Source: an uncultured Gemmatimonadales bacterium (GTDB taxonomy: Bacteria; Gemmatimonadota; Gemmatimonadetes; Longimicrobiales; RSA9). Taken from it: a stretch of 64,000 nucleotides of DNA. Shown here piece after piece: positions 42,615 to 51,808 of this stretch. The stretch is taken from NCBI GenBank assembly GCA_963708135.1, contig OY970192.1, forward strand, positions 1,184,001 through 1,248,000, in the 5' to 3' direction. The first letter of the stretch is position 1; every line of letters begins with the position of its first letter. The notes under the pieces were generated by a model. It did no database searches. It saw nothing but the letters and a program-made list of their open reading frames with translations, and had not been told where the DNA came from. The translations under genes and the position numbers were made by a program.

Positions 42615-43288
42615 GCCCCAACCCCGGCCTCGGCGACCGCGGCATCCAGCTCCGCGGCAAGACCGTCGAGGAGCTCGCCCGCGAGTTCGAGGACATCATC
42701 GTCGAGCGGCTCCGCCGCCTGGAGCGCTCCAACCGCTCGCTGCGCGTCTGGGTCGCCGTCCTGCTCGGCCTCGTCGCCGTGCTCATGGCCGGCGGCGCCT
42801 ACCTCGGCTACCAGGTCGTCACCGGCGCTCCGGCCTTCGCCGCCCGGCGCGTCACCGCCCGCGAGTTCATCCTCGCCGATGCCGCCGGCCACGCACGCGG
42901 CAGCTGGCAGGTCGGGCCCGACGGCTCCGCCCGTCTCGTGCTCGACGACCGCGCCGCGCGGCCGCGGCTGCGCCTCAGCGTGCTGGGCGAGGACGGCTCC
43001 CCCGGCATGACGCTCCTCGACGACCACGGCATCCCCCACGTCGTCTTCGGCATCCTGCCCGACGGCACCACGTCCCTCGTCTTCGCCGACGCCGCCGGAC
43101 GCTCCCGCGTCGTGCTCGGCGTGGCCGAGGACGCGGCGAACCTCGTCTTCGCCGACCGCTTCGGCGCCACCCGCGCCAGCCTCGGCGTGGACGCCGGCGG
43201 CCGGCCCGACATGTCCCTCTACGACGAGGCCGTCGATTCCACGGCCGCCGATTCCGCGGCCACGGACACGACGCCCCGCCGCCACTGA
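42611..43288 (+). CDS. Hypothetical single-TM protein with beta-repeat periplasmic domain
   Basis: GTG overlaps upstream stop; coiled coil, TM, repeated LxFxDxxGxxR units. Confidence 0.7.
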   Translation: MSPNPGLGDRGIQLRGKTVEELAREFEDIIVERLRRLERSNRSLRVWVAVLLGLVAVLMAGGAYLGYQVVTGAPAFAARRVTAREFILADAAGHARGSWQVGPDGSARLVLDDRAARPRLRLSVLGEDGSPGMTLLDDHGIPHVVFGILPDGTTSLVFADAAGRSRVVLGVAEDAANLVFADRFGATRASLGVDAGGRPDMSLYDEAVDSTAADSAATDTTPRRH

Positions 43289-43330
43289 ACGCGGTTCGCC
43301 TTGACCGCCGACCCCGGAGGCAGATAGGCA

Positions 43331-43510
43331 ATGCGCGATACGCTCGTGGTATTCGGCCGCTGGCTGATCCACACCTTCGAGGTCTGGCGCGACGCCTTCT
43401 GGCACGGCGCCACCGCCGTCGTGAGCTGGCTCGGCGTCGGCTGGCTCGTCGTCCTGGCCTTCATCGCCCTGGGCATGGCCCTCTGGGGCCTGAAGGTCCA
43501 CCGCGGCTAG
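43331..43510 (+). CDS. Small 59-aa membrane protein (absent from ORF track)
   Basis: GGAGG upstream; MRDTLVVFGRWLIHTFEVWRDAFWHG...KVHRG; fills gap between genes; high GC3. Confidence 0.65.
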   Translation: MRDTLVVFGRWLIHTFEVWRDAFWHGATAVVSWLGVGWLVVLAFIALGMALWGLKVHRG

Positions 43511-43517
43511 CGCGGCA

Positions 43518-44414
43518 ATGTCCGGACGCCCCCCGTATCTCCCGGCGCTGCTCGAGCTCCAGGCCGCCGATGGCGCCTGGCCGGCCGAGCCCGGCGGCCC
43601 CGGCGCGACCGAGGCGACCGCCTGGACGCTCCTCGCCCTGCGCCCCTTCGCCGGCTCCGAGGCCGCCCGCCGGCGCGGCCTCGAGTGGCTCGAGCGCAAC
43701 CGGCTCGCCGGCGGCGGCTGGGCCGCCATGTCCGGGCTCGGCCGCGCCGACGCCGCCACCGCTCCCGCCGTGCTCGCCCTCGCCCGGCTCGGCGGCCACG
43801 ACGTCGCCGTGCGCGACGGCGCCGCCTGGCTGCTCGGCAGCCAGGCGCCCACGGAGCGCTGGGCCAAGCGCATGCTGCGCCGCGTCCTCCAGGTGCGCGA
43901 TCCGACGGGCGTCGATGATTCCCTCGAGGGCTGGAGCTGGACTCCCGACACCATGACCTGGGTCGAGCCGACCGCACTCGCCATGATCGCGCTCCGGGCC
44001 GCCGCGCCGGGCGAGCGCCGCGTCGCCGCCGCCTGCGCGGAGGGCGGCCGGCTGCTCCTCGACCGCGCCTGCCCGGGCGGCGGCTGGAACTACGGCAACG
44101 CCGAGGTCTTCGGCGTCCCGCTTCCCGGCTACCCGGACACCACCGCGTGGGCGCTCCTCGCGCTCCACGCCGATGCCGGCCACGAGGCCGTGCGGCGCGG
44201 CCTCGGCTGGCTCTGGCCGGCCGCGCGCGAGACCGGCTCCGGGCTGGCGCTCGGCCTCGCCGCCCTCGTCGCCCAGCGCTTCGGCGCGCCCGACGAGGAC
44301 CTCCGCGCGCTCGCCCGCGAGGACTACGCCCGCACCGGCTTCTGCGGCGACATCCGCGCCCTCGCGCTCACGCTCCTCGCCGAGGCCGGCCAGTCCGGCT
44401 TCGTGTTCGGCTGA
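43518..44414 (+). CDS. Prenyltransferase/squalene-cyclase (alpha/alpha toroid) repeat protein
   Basis: QAADGAW, GWSWTPDTMTWVEPT, GGWNYGN, PDTTAWALLAL repeats. Confidence 0.72.
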   Translation: MSGRPPYLPALLELQAADGAWPAEPGGPGATEATAWTLLALRPFAGSEAARRRGLEWLERNRLAGGGWAAMSGLGRADAATAPAVLALARLGGHDVAVRDGAAWLLGSQAPTERWAKRMLRRVLQVRDPTGVDDSLEGWSWTPDTMTWVEPTALAMIALRAAAPGERRVAAACAEGGRLLLDRACPGGGWNYGNAEVFGVPLPGYPDTTAWALLALHADAGHEAVRRGLGWLWPAARETGSGLALGLAALVAQRFGAPDEDLRALAREDYARTGFCGDIRALALTLLAEAGQSGFVFG

Positions 44415-44416
44415 GC

Positions 44417-45418
44417 ATGCCGACCCGCCGCGCGTTCCTGCGCACCACCGCCATCGCGTCCGTCGGCGCCGCCGCCGGCCTGGCCGTCCACGAGCGGCGG
44501 CGCGAGCAGCCATGGCGCCCCTCGGCGTACCGCAAGCCGCGCCGCTCCGCCGTGGCCGTCCTCGCCGCGCCTCGCTACGACATGGACCTCGAGGCCGTCG
44601 TCCGCGACGGCTTCCGCCTGTGCGCGCTGGACGTGCGCGGCAAGCGCGTCGTCGTCAAGCCCAACCTGGTCGAGTTCGACCCCGGCGCCGCGATCAACAC
44701 GCACCCGGCCGTGATCGGCGCGATCGTCTCCGTGCTGCGCGAGGGAGGCGCGCGCGAGGTCATCGTGGCCGAGGGCGCGGGGCACCGCCGGGACCGCGAG
44801 TACCTGCTCGTCCGCTCCGGGCTGCACGAGGTTCTCGGCGACCTGGGCGTGCGCTTCATCGACCTGAACGCCGACCGCGCCCGCCCCGTCGCGCGCCGCT
44901 CGAGCTTCAGCGAGCTCGGCGCGCTCCACCTGCCCGCCACCGTGCTGGACGCGGACCTGCTTATCTCCGCCGCCAAGCTCAAGACCCACCACTGGGCGGG
45001 CGTGACGCTCTCGATGAAGAACCTGTTCGGCATCATGCCCGGCCACGTCTACGGCTGGCCCAAGAACGTGCTCCACCGTGCCGGCATCGAAGAGAGCATC
45101 CTCGACATCAACGCCGCGCTGCCCGTGCCCCGCTTCAACGTCATCGACGGCATCGTCGGCATGGAGGGCAACGGCCCGATCCAGGGCGACGCCGTGCCCA
45201 GCGGCGTGCTCCTCTTCGGCGCCGACCCCGTCGCCGTGGACGCCACCGCCGCCCGCCTCATGACCATCGATCCCGCCGCCGTGGGCCACCTCCGCCACGC
45301 GGCAGAATTCCTCGGCAACCTGGACCCCGCGGCCATCGAGCTCGTGGGGGAGGGCGTGGCGCCGCTGCGCCGTGATTTCCGGGTCCTGCCGCGCTTCTCA
45401 CGGCTGAAGTCGGGATGA
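44417..45418 (+). CDS. DUF362 family protein with Tat signal
   Basis: TRRAFL twin-arginine; KPNLV, THP, KLKTH, MKNLFG, DGIVGMEGNGP, DPVAVD. Confidence 0.85.
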   Translation: MPTRRAFLRTTAIASVGAAAGLAVHERRREQPWRPSAYRKPRRSAVAVLAAPRYDMDLEAVVRDGFRLCALDVRGKRVVVKPNLVEFDPGAAINTHPAVIGAIVSVLREGGAREVIVAEGAGHRRDREYLLVRSGLHEVLGDLGVRFIDLNADRARPVARRSSFSELGALHLPATVLDADLLISAAKLKTHHWAGVTLSMKNLFGIMPGHVYGWPKNVLHRAGIEESILDINAALPVPRFNVIDGIVGMEGNGPIQGDAVPSGVLLFGADPVAVDATAARLMTIDPAAVGHLRHAAEFLGNLDPAAIELVGEGVAPLRRDFRVLPRFSRLKSG

Positions 45419-46485
45419 CTCTGCGGACGCAGGGCAGGGCGAGCCGTGCACGCGGGCTGGACGGCGCTGGGATTTCCCTGTCCTTGCGGTCCGGCTCGCC
45501 TGGAATGCACGGTGTGGCGCAGTCCACGGGGGATGGCGGAGCTCAGATTGCGGAGGTGCCCCTCGTTCCACCTGTTCTGGTGCTCCTTGCCAGCGCTCTT
45601 CTCCTGATCGCGGCCGGCCGTGGGCCGGATCCGAGAGTGGTGGTCGGATACGCGATCGTCTTCCTGTCCGTCTTCGGCCTCGTCTCGCTCGTGTACGTGC
45701 CCCGCCTCCTCCTGCGCCGGGGTGGCCGCGAGGCGGCCCGACGGCTTGCTCTGGCAAGCGCATCCATCGCCGCCCTGCTCCTTTTTCAATCCTGCTTTGC
45801 GGCCCTCAAGGCCCTGATCGGGTCCACTTATCCATTTCGTTGGGACCCTTTCCTTGCCACTGTAGACCGGGCTCTCCACGGCGGAAGAGCCCCCTGGCAG
45901 TGGCTCTCGCCGCTCGTCGCGGATCCACGGGTGACACGGGCCCTGGTGGTCTTCTACAACCCCGGTTGGTTGTTGCTCACGGCAACCATGATCACTGTCA
46001 CATCGTGGTATGGTAACGCCGTTTGGAGATTCCGTTTCATCGTCGCGTACCTCCTGATCTGGACCATGGGCGGGGCCGTTCTGGCGGCCACGGTGGCTTC
46101 CGCGGGCCCCATCTTCTACGGCCTCGTTGTTCCCGGGCGCGACCCGTTCGCACCATTCGTGTCGGAGCTGCTTTCGGCCTCTCCGCTGCTGAGCGGTCTC
46201 CGGACCGCCCTGTGGCAGGGCCATCTCGGGACCGGCGCGGCGTACGGCATCTCGGCATGGCCCTCGATACACGTGGCGACGAGCACCCTCTACGCCTGTG
46301 CCGGCTGGAGCTGGTCGCGGTTCTGGGGAGTGGTTCTGACCCTGGTCGCGGCCGGGATCGTATTCGGCTCGGTTGCTCTTGGCTGGCATTACGCTGTCGG
46401 GGCTTATGCCGGAGCGCTGCTGGGTATTGGCGCATGGCTGATCTCAAAGTATGTCGCCAGAATTCGTATTGTGTTCCCTCGATGA
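45415..46485 (+). CDS. PAP2-like (AUR1/IPT-type) membrane phosphotransferase; start uncertain
   Basis: DRALHGG, SAGP, WPSIHV, GWHY. Confidence 0.72.
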   Translation: MTLRTQGRASRARGLDGAGISLSLRSGSPGMHGVAQSTGDGGAQIAEVPLVPPVLVLLASALLLIAAGRGPDPRVVVGYAIVFLSVFGLVSLVYVPRLLLRRGGREAARRLALASASIAALLLFQSCFAALKALIGSTYPFRWDPFLATVDRALHGGRAPWQWLSPLVADPRVTRALVVFYNPGWLLLTATMITVTSWYGNAVWRFRFIVAYLLIWTMGGAVLAATVASAGPIFYGLVVPGRDPFAPFVSELLSASPLLSGLRTALWQGHLGTGAAYGISAWPSIHVATSTLYACAGWSWSRFWGVVLTLVAAGIVFGSVALGWHYAVGAYAGALLGIGAWLISKYVARIRIVFPR

Positions 46486-47438
46486 ACTACCTCGCGCCGT
46501 CCATGCCAATCGAGCAGGGGCTTTCACCCGTGCCCCGCCGGGACCGGCCTTCCGCGTCATGGAGGCTGCTTGCGCTGGATTCGCTCCCCATCATGCTGGT
46601 CGTGCTGGCGTTCTGGGCCACGACGCTCGTATCCGAACTCCAACACCCGTGGCGCTCCAGCCTCGGATTCTATTGTCGATTCGTCGTCCTTGCAGTCCTC
46701 ATCGCGGTGCTGTTCAGGCTCGTACCGTACGCCTGGCTCGCGCGTCCCGGCGGGCCGAAGAGGCCTCGAGAAGCTCTCGATGAGCTGAGGGCGTTCCTCA
46801 CACCTGAAGGACTCGGTTATTCGGCGCTGATGGCCTGTGCGACGGTGTTGTTCTTCATGTCCTTCGGTGCCTGGAAACAGCATATTGCGGCTGCCGGCGA
46901 CCTGAGATGGGACCTGGCGCTCATGAAGCTGGATCGAGCGCTTCACGGTGGCGTAGAGCCGTGGAGATTGCTGGACCCTCTCATGCATTTTCCGATCTTG
47001 ATCCACGCCGTTGACCACGTCTACTGGTACTGGTATCCGATCACGGGCGTTGTCTTCTTCTGCCATGCCGCCCTTCGCGCCGGCCCCCGCCGGATGCAGT
47101 TCATGCTCTCGTACTTTGTTGCCTGGGTGCTCCTCGGCGTCGTGGTAGCAACCGCCCTGGGCTCCGGTGGGCCGTGCTACTTCCACCAGGTGGTGGGTGG
47201 TCCGGACCCATACGGCCCCCTGCTGCCTCATCTGGGTCGGGTCGGGGCTCGCGCGCGCGTGCTTCAGGCATCGCTCTGGCAGGCCTATGCGGCCAGACGG
47301 TCCGTTGCGTTCGATGGCATCGCGGCAATGCCGAGCATGCACGTGGGGGTTGCGGCGCTAATCGCGCTTTCCCTCTGGTCTCCAACCCGTTCGCCTGCGC
47401 GTGCGCCGGTCCTGGAGCCCGAACACCATGATCGGTGA
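46482..47438 (+). pseudogene. Second PAP2-like paralog, apparently C-terminally truncated
   Basis: DRALHGG, SGGP, AMPSMHV present; final TM and HY motif missing. Confidence 0.6.
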
Positions 47439-49053
47439 GTCGAACCAGGTTCGGTCGCCCGTCGATGCGTCCGCGCGCGAGGTTGGCCGGCGCGCAGCGC
47501 CCGCTGCACGCATCTTCTGGCTTCTGCCCTCCTTTGGCGCCTACCTCTTCGTCGGCGCCCTGCTCGTCACCGTGGTGGTGGCGGGGCAGGGGATCTTCGC
47601 GCGCGACGGCGATGTCGGCCGCCACATCCGGCTCGGCCTCTACATGCTGCGGACCGGCGCCATCCCGCGCGTGGACCACTTCTCCCACACCATGGCCGGC
47701 CGGCCGTTCGTCCCGTACGAATGGCTGAGCGAGGTCGCCTACGCGCTCGCCTGGCGGGGCGCCGGGCTCGCCGGCGTCGCGCTGCTCGCCGCCCTGCTCT
47801 TCGCCCTGGCCACGTGGGTGCTCTACCGGACGACCCGCCGGCTCGGCGTGGCGGGGCCGCTCGCGCTCGTCTTCGGCGCGCTCGCCTTCCGCCTCGAGGC
47901 GCTCCACCTGCTGCCCCGGCCTCACCTCTTCACGACGCTCCTCGCGGCCGTCACGGCCGGCCTCCTGCTGGACTTCTCCCGCACCGGCGCGGCGCGGCGG
48001 CTCTGGCCGATCCCCGTGCTCATGCTCTTCTGGGTCAACCTCCACGGCGGCTTCCTGGTGGGCTTCATGCTGCTGGGGGTCTTCCTGCTGGATGAGGCCA
48101 TGGGGCTCATCTGGCGCTGGCGCGGGCACGAGGGGGAGGTCGGCCTCGCCCCGCAGCATGCCCTCCGCCTGCGCACGCTCCTCGCCGCGACCGGCGTCTC
48201 GCTCGCCGCCACCCTGGCGAACCCGGCCGGCTGGAGGATCTGGGCCCACACGCTCGGCTACCTGCGGATCGACTTCCTCGTCAACGCCACGCAGGAGTAC
48301 GCCTCGCCGGACTTCCACTCCGCCGCGATGCTCCCCTTCCTGGCGGCCGTGCTGCTCGGCCTCCTGCTCGCGCTCGGCGGCAGGGCACGGCCCCGCCGCG
48401 CCGACGCCATGCTGTTCCTCCTGTGGACCGCGGCCGCGCTCTACTCGGCGCGTAACATCCCGATCTTCGCCGTGGCGGCCGTGCCGGTCCTGGCGCTCTG
48501 GACGCAGCGCACCATCGAGGAGCTCGGGGAGGGAGGCGCCCCGGAGCCGTGGGGGAGCTGGCTGCACCGGTTCCGCGCCTGGATGGGCCGGATGTCGCGC
48601 ATCGATGCCGCCGCGGCCAGGTATCCGCTGTTCGTGCTGCTGGGCACCGGCGCCGCCGCCTGGTGGGCGCTCGGCCCGGGGCGGCCACTGCTCACCTTCC
48701 CCGCGGACCGCTTCCCGGTCGCGGCGCTCGAGAGCCTCGGGAACGAGGTGCCGCCCGGCCCGGTATTGAACGAGTTCATCTGGGGCGGCTATCTCTTGCT
48801 GGAGCGGCCTGATATTCCGGTCTTCATCGATGGCCAGACGGATTTTTATGGACCGCGGCTGACGGAACAGTATCTTCGCGCGGTCAACGGCGCGCCGGGC
48901 TGGCGGGACGTGTTGGATCAGTATGGCATCGGGTGGACCTTGACGGCCACGTCGGCTCCTCTTAATCAGTTGCTAGCAGGAGATCCGACTTGGATACGCG
49001 TCTACAGCGATAACATTGCTACTGTTTACCGACACATTCTGACCCCACAGTAA
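47428..49053 (+). CDS. Polytopic membrane protein, GT-C-like
   Basis: DGDVGRHIRLG, EWL, RPHLF, WVNLHGG, WGGYL, FIDGQTDFYG. Confidence 0.72.
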   Translation: MIGESNQVRSPVDASAREVGRRAAPAARIFWLLPSFGAYLFVGALLVTVVVAGQGIFARDGDVGRHIRLGLYMLRTGAIPRVDHFSHTMAGRPFVPYEWLSEVAYALAWRGAGLAGVALLAALLFALATWVLYRTTRRLGVAGPLALVFGALAFRLEALHLLPRPHLFTTLLAAVTAGLLLDFSRTGAARRLWPIPVLMLFWVNLHGGFLVGFMLLGVFLLDEAMGLIWRWRGHEGEVGLAPQHALRLRTLLAATGVSLAATLANPAGWRIWAHTLGYLRIDFLVNATQEYASPDFHSAAMLPFLAAVLLGLLLALGGRARPRRADAMLFLLWTAAALYSARNIPIFAVAAVPVLALWTQRTIEELGEGGAPEPWGSWLHRFRAWMGRMSRIDAAAARYPLFVLLGTGAAAWWALGPGRPLLTFPADRFPVAALESLGNEVPPGPVLNEFIWGGYLLLERPDIPVFIDGQTDFYGPRLTEQYLRAVNGAPGWRDVLDQYGIGWTLTATSAPLNQLLAGDPTWIRVYSDNIATVYRHILTPQ

Positions 49054-49112
49054 GATAAGGCCGATTGAGCGATCAACCGACTCCGCACGTAAGAAAGCAT
49101 CCCGGGGGGATA

Positions 49113-50297
49113 ATGGCTTGCCGATCGCCTGCTCGGAGGTGGTTGAATCCATTTCAGCGTTGGACGTCGCACGAATACACGAGCGGCCGGTTCCGGACGC
49201 GCGCGGACCTCTGGCGTTTCGGCCTGCGCTCGGCCCTCATTCTCCTCGGCATCGTCGGTCCCGCTCTGTTCGTGGTTGGGAACTGGAATCGACACGCCTG
49301 GGGCCGCGACACGGTCGAGGTATATCTTGCGGCTCAGCGTATCCGGCATGGTGCTCCGCTCTACGCCCCATGGATCGGCCACGGCCCCGATATCCTGTCG
49401 GACCGCTCGTATCCGGTGGAGCGAATGCCGTATCCGCCATTTTTGCCCGCGGCCCTCTCGTGGGCGTCACCGCTTGGTTTCTTCGGATTCACACGTCTGT
49501 TCTACCTGATCGGATTGTCTTGCCTGTTCTTGTATGGATTCTCCTTAGCCCGAATCGCTAGCCGAAGTCCAAGAGCCACGGACAGCTTCGTGTGGGTGGG
49601 CGCAGTGTTCCTTGTGCCGGGCGGGATGAGAGGGCTGGCGATCGCCAATCCCGAGCCTGTTCTGTGGGCGCTTTACGGAATGTCCCTGGCGTTTCCTCTC
49701 TGGCGCGGCTTTGGCTTCGCATCGGCGGCAAGTATCAAGATCTTTGGCGGCTGGCCTCTTCTCTTTGCCATTCGGCGCGAAGGCCGGCGCGTGCTGGCGT
49801 CGGCGGTCGCGGCAGTCGGGATAGCCTCAGCCATTGCCGTGTCCGTTCTCGGTTGGCGAGGCTTCCTGTCCTCGCTGATCGATTGGTTCCGGTTTGCGTT
49901 GCCGGGGGTGTCGCAAGGGTACTTCAGTCCTCAGAACATCTCTCTCAGCATGTTGGCGCTTCGCCTGGCCCGGGTAGCGGGTTGGACGTACGTGGCGGGG
50001 CCGTTGCCTCTTCTTCCACACGTCTGGTTGCTGGCCGCGGGAGTACTGGCTCCTTTGATTGCCGGCTTCGTGAGCCGCCGGCGCTCACCGGAAGTGCAAT
50101 ATGCATCTGTGCTTTGCGCCGCGCTGGCATTCTCGCCCGTCTGTTGGCTCATATATTTGCCTGCTGCTCTCATCCCCTGCGCATTGTGGATCCGGACGCG
50201 CGACCGGGCGCACGGGAGGGCGGGCACCGCGGAGCACGGTACAGCCGACAAGGCGGACCTCGTCCACGGTCGCCTCGAGCGTACGCCTGCGCGCTAG
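49113..50297 (+). CDS. GT87/DUF2029-like membrane glycosyltransferase
   Basis: D..VY, PYPPF, SIKIF, NISL, SPVCW motifs. Confidence 0.6.
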   Translation: MACRSPARRWLNPFQRWTSHEYTSGRFRTRADLWRFGLRSALILLGIVGPALFVVGNWNRHAWGRDTVEVYLAAQRIRHGAPLYAPWIGHGPDILSDRSYPVERMPYPPFLPAALSWASPLGFFGFTRLFYLIGLSCLFLYGFSLARIASRSPRATDSFVWVGAVFLVPGGMRGLAIANPEPVLWALYGMSLAFPLWRGFGFASAASIKIFGGWPLLFAIRREGRRVLASAVAAVGIASAIAVSVLGWRGFLSSLIDWFRFALPGVSQGYFSPQNISLSMLALRLARVAGWTYVAGPLPLLPHVWLLAAGVLAPLIAGFVSRRRSPEVQYASVLCAALAFSPVCWLIYLPAALIPCALWIRTRDRAHGRAGTAEHGTADKADLVHGRLERTPAR

Positions 50298-51808
50298 CGG
50301 GGCTCGAGAGTCGGCTTCTCGCACAGCACCGCCCTGCCGCCGGCTGACCTTGCCACCTCGAACTCCGCCAGCTCCCGCGGGCATCCCGCTCCGATCACGA
50401 TGGAGTACTGCGCGCCACGGGCTGAGCGGGCCCACGCGTCCGGAGTCCGGAAACGCACCGGGAAGATCCGCGCGATCGCCTCGTAGTCGTCCAGCAGCGC
50501 CAGGTGCCGCTCGGTGGCCACGTAGGCCGCAACGTGGTCGAGCGGCAGGAACGGCAGTAGCGTGCCGGAAGGCTCGAAGCTCGTGCTCCGGCCGACGAGG
50601 GTCGAGCCCGGAGGGATGCGGCGGCCGAGTGCCGTGCCCTCCCGTGCGGCCTGGCTGATTTGCAGGTAGGCCGGGATCTGAACGCCGAGCAGCAGCAGTG
50701 CGACGGCGGCGCCCGCGAGTCCAGCGCGCGCCTCGAACGTCGGTGCGAGCGGCCGCGCCGCCAGCCACATGATGGCGAAGGGCGGCACGGTCAGGATCAG
50801 CCGCAGGATCAGGATGGAGCCGCCGGCGAGCCCGTCCGGGGCCACGAGCGCGGCGGCCGTCAGCACGAGCACGCCGACCCCGAGGCCGCGTGCGCCCGGC
50901 GTGGCGCCGTCCCGGGCGTGGCGCCGGAGGGCGCGGTAGACGAGCGCCCAAACGAGAAAGGCGAAGCCGGTGGCCAGGACCGCCGACGCCCAGCCGTACC
51001 CCCAGAGCGGCACCATGCAGAGCAGCTCCGCGACGCGGCCGATCGGCCCGAGCCTGGCCACCGGCCCGGCGGTGTGGGTCGGCTGGCCGGCCCACCAGAG
51101 GCCGAATGCGCCCAGGGCGGGCAGCCACGCCAGGACGAGCGGGCCGAGCCGCCGCAGGTCGCGCGCGGCGACGTCGCCCAGCACGGAGCCGGAGAGCACG
51201 GCGAGCGCGCAGGCGAAGGGGATCGGGTGCGCCCACAGCAGCAGCAGCGCCAGCAGGGCCAGGAGCGCGGCGCGCGGCCAGGTCGGCCGCTCGTGGATCC
51301 GGAACCAGTAGCCGACCACCACCAGGGCGAGCGCCGTGCCGATCGTGAAGGAGAAGAACCCCATGTGGAAGGCGAAGCTGCCCGCGAACGGCGCCGCCAG
51401 CGCCCCCAGCCGCGGCCGGCCGAACGCGCCGCAGGCGTAGACCGCCGCCAGCGGGATGCACGCCGCGGACAGCAACACGACCAGCTTCTCGGCGCCGAGC
51501 GGCGGCAGGATGGCCAGCAGGTGCTGGAGGAGGAAGTGCGCCATCCAGGCGGGCTCGAGCGCCGGCTGCACCACGAACCAGCGGCGGAACACGGCACCGG
51601 CGGGCGAGCCCCAGTCCGCCAGGATCAGGGCGTTGTAGAGGTGGGACGGGCCGTCCTTGGTCACGAACGGGGTGATGCTCGCGATCACCGCGGCGTACGC
51701 CGCCACGACCGCGAGCACGGGCCAGGCGGCCGCAGCGCCACGGGCCGGACTCGTCGCCTCCGGCGGCGGCGCGGGAGGGGCGCTGTCCGCGGAGTCGCCC
51801 GGCGTCAT
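50294..51808 (-). CDS. Polytopic membrane protein, GT-C-like
   Basis: ATG overlaps upstream TGA; DGPSHLYNA, AEKL, MGFFSF, AHP, DYEA. Confidence 0.65.
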   Translation of the reverse strand: MTPGDSADSAPPAPPPEATSPARGAAAAWPVLAVVAAYAAVIASITPFVTKDGPSHLYNALILADWGSPAGAVFRRWFVVQPALEPAWMAHFLLQHLLAILPPLGAEKLVVLLSAACIPLAAVYACGAFGRPRLGALAAPFAGSFAFHMGFFSFTIGTALALVVVGYWFRIHERPTWPRAALLALLALLLLWAHPIPFACALAVLSGSVLGDVAARDLRRLGPLVLAWLPALGAFGLWWAGQPTHTAGPVARLGPIGRVAELLCMVPLWGYGWASAVLATGFAFLVWALVYRALRRHARDGATPGARGLGVGVLVLTAAALVAPDGLAGGSILILRLILTVPPFAIMWLAARPLAPTFEARAGLAGAAVALLLLGVQIPAYLQISQAAREGTALGRRIPPGSTLVGRSTSFEPSGTLLPFLPLDHVAAYVATERHLALLDDYEAIARIFPVRFRTPDAWARSARGAQYSIVIGAGCPRELAEFEVARSAGGRAVLCEKPTLEPR

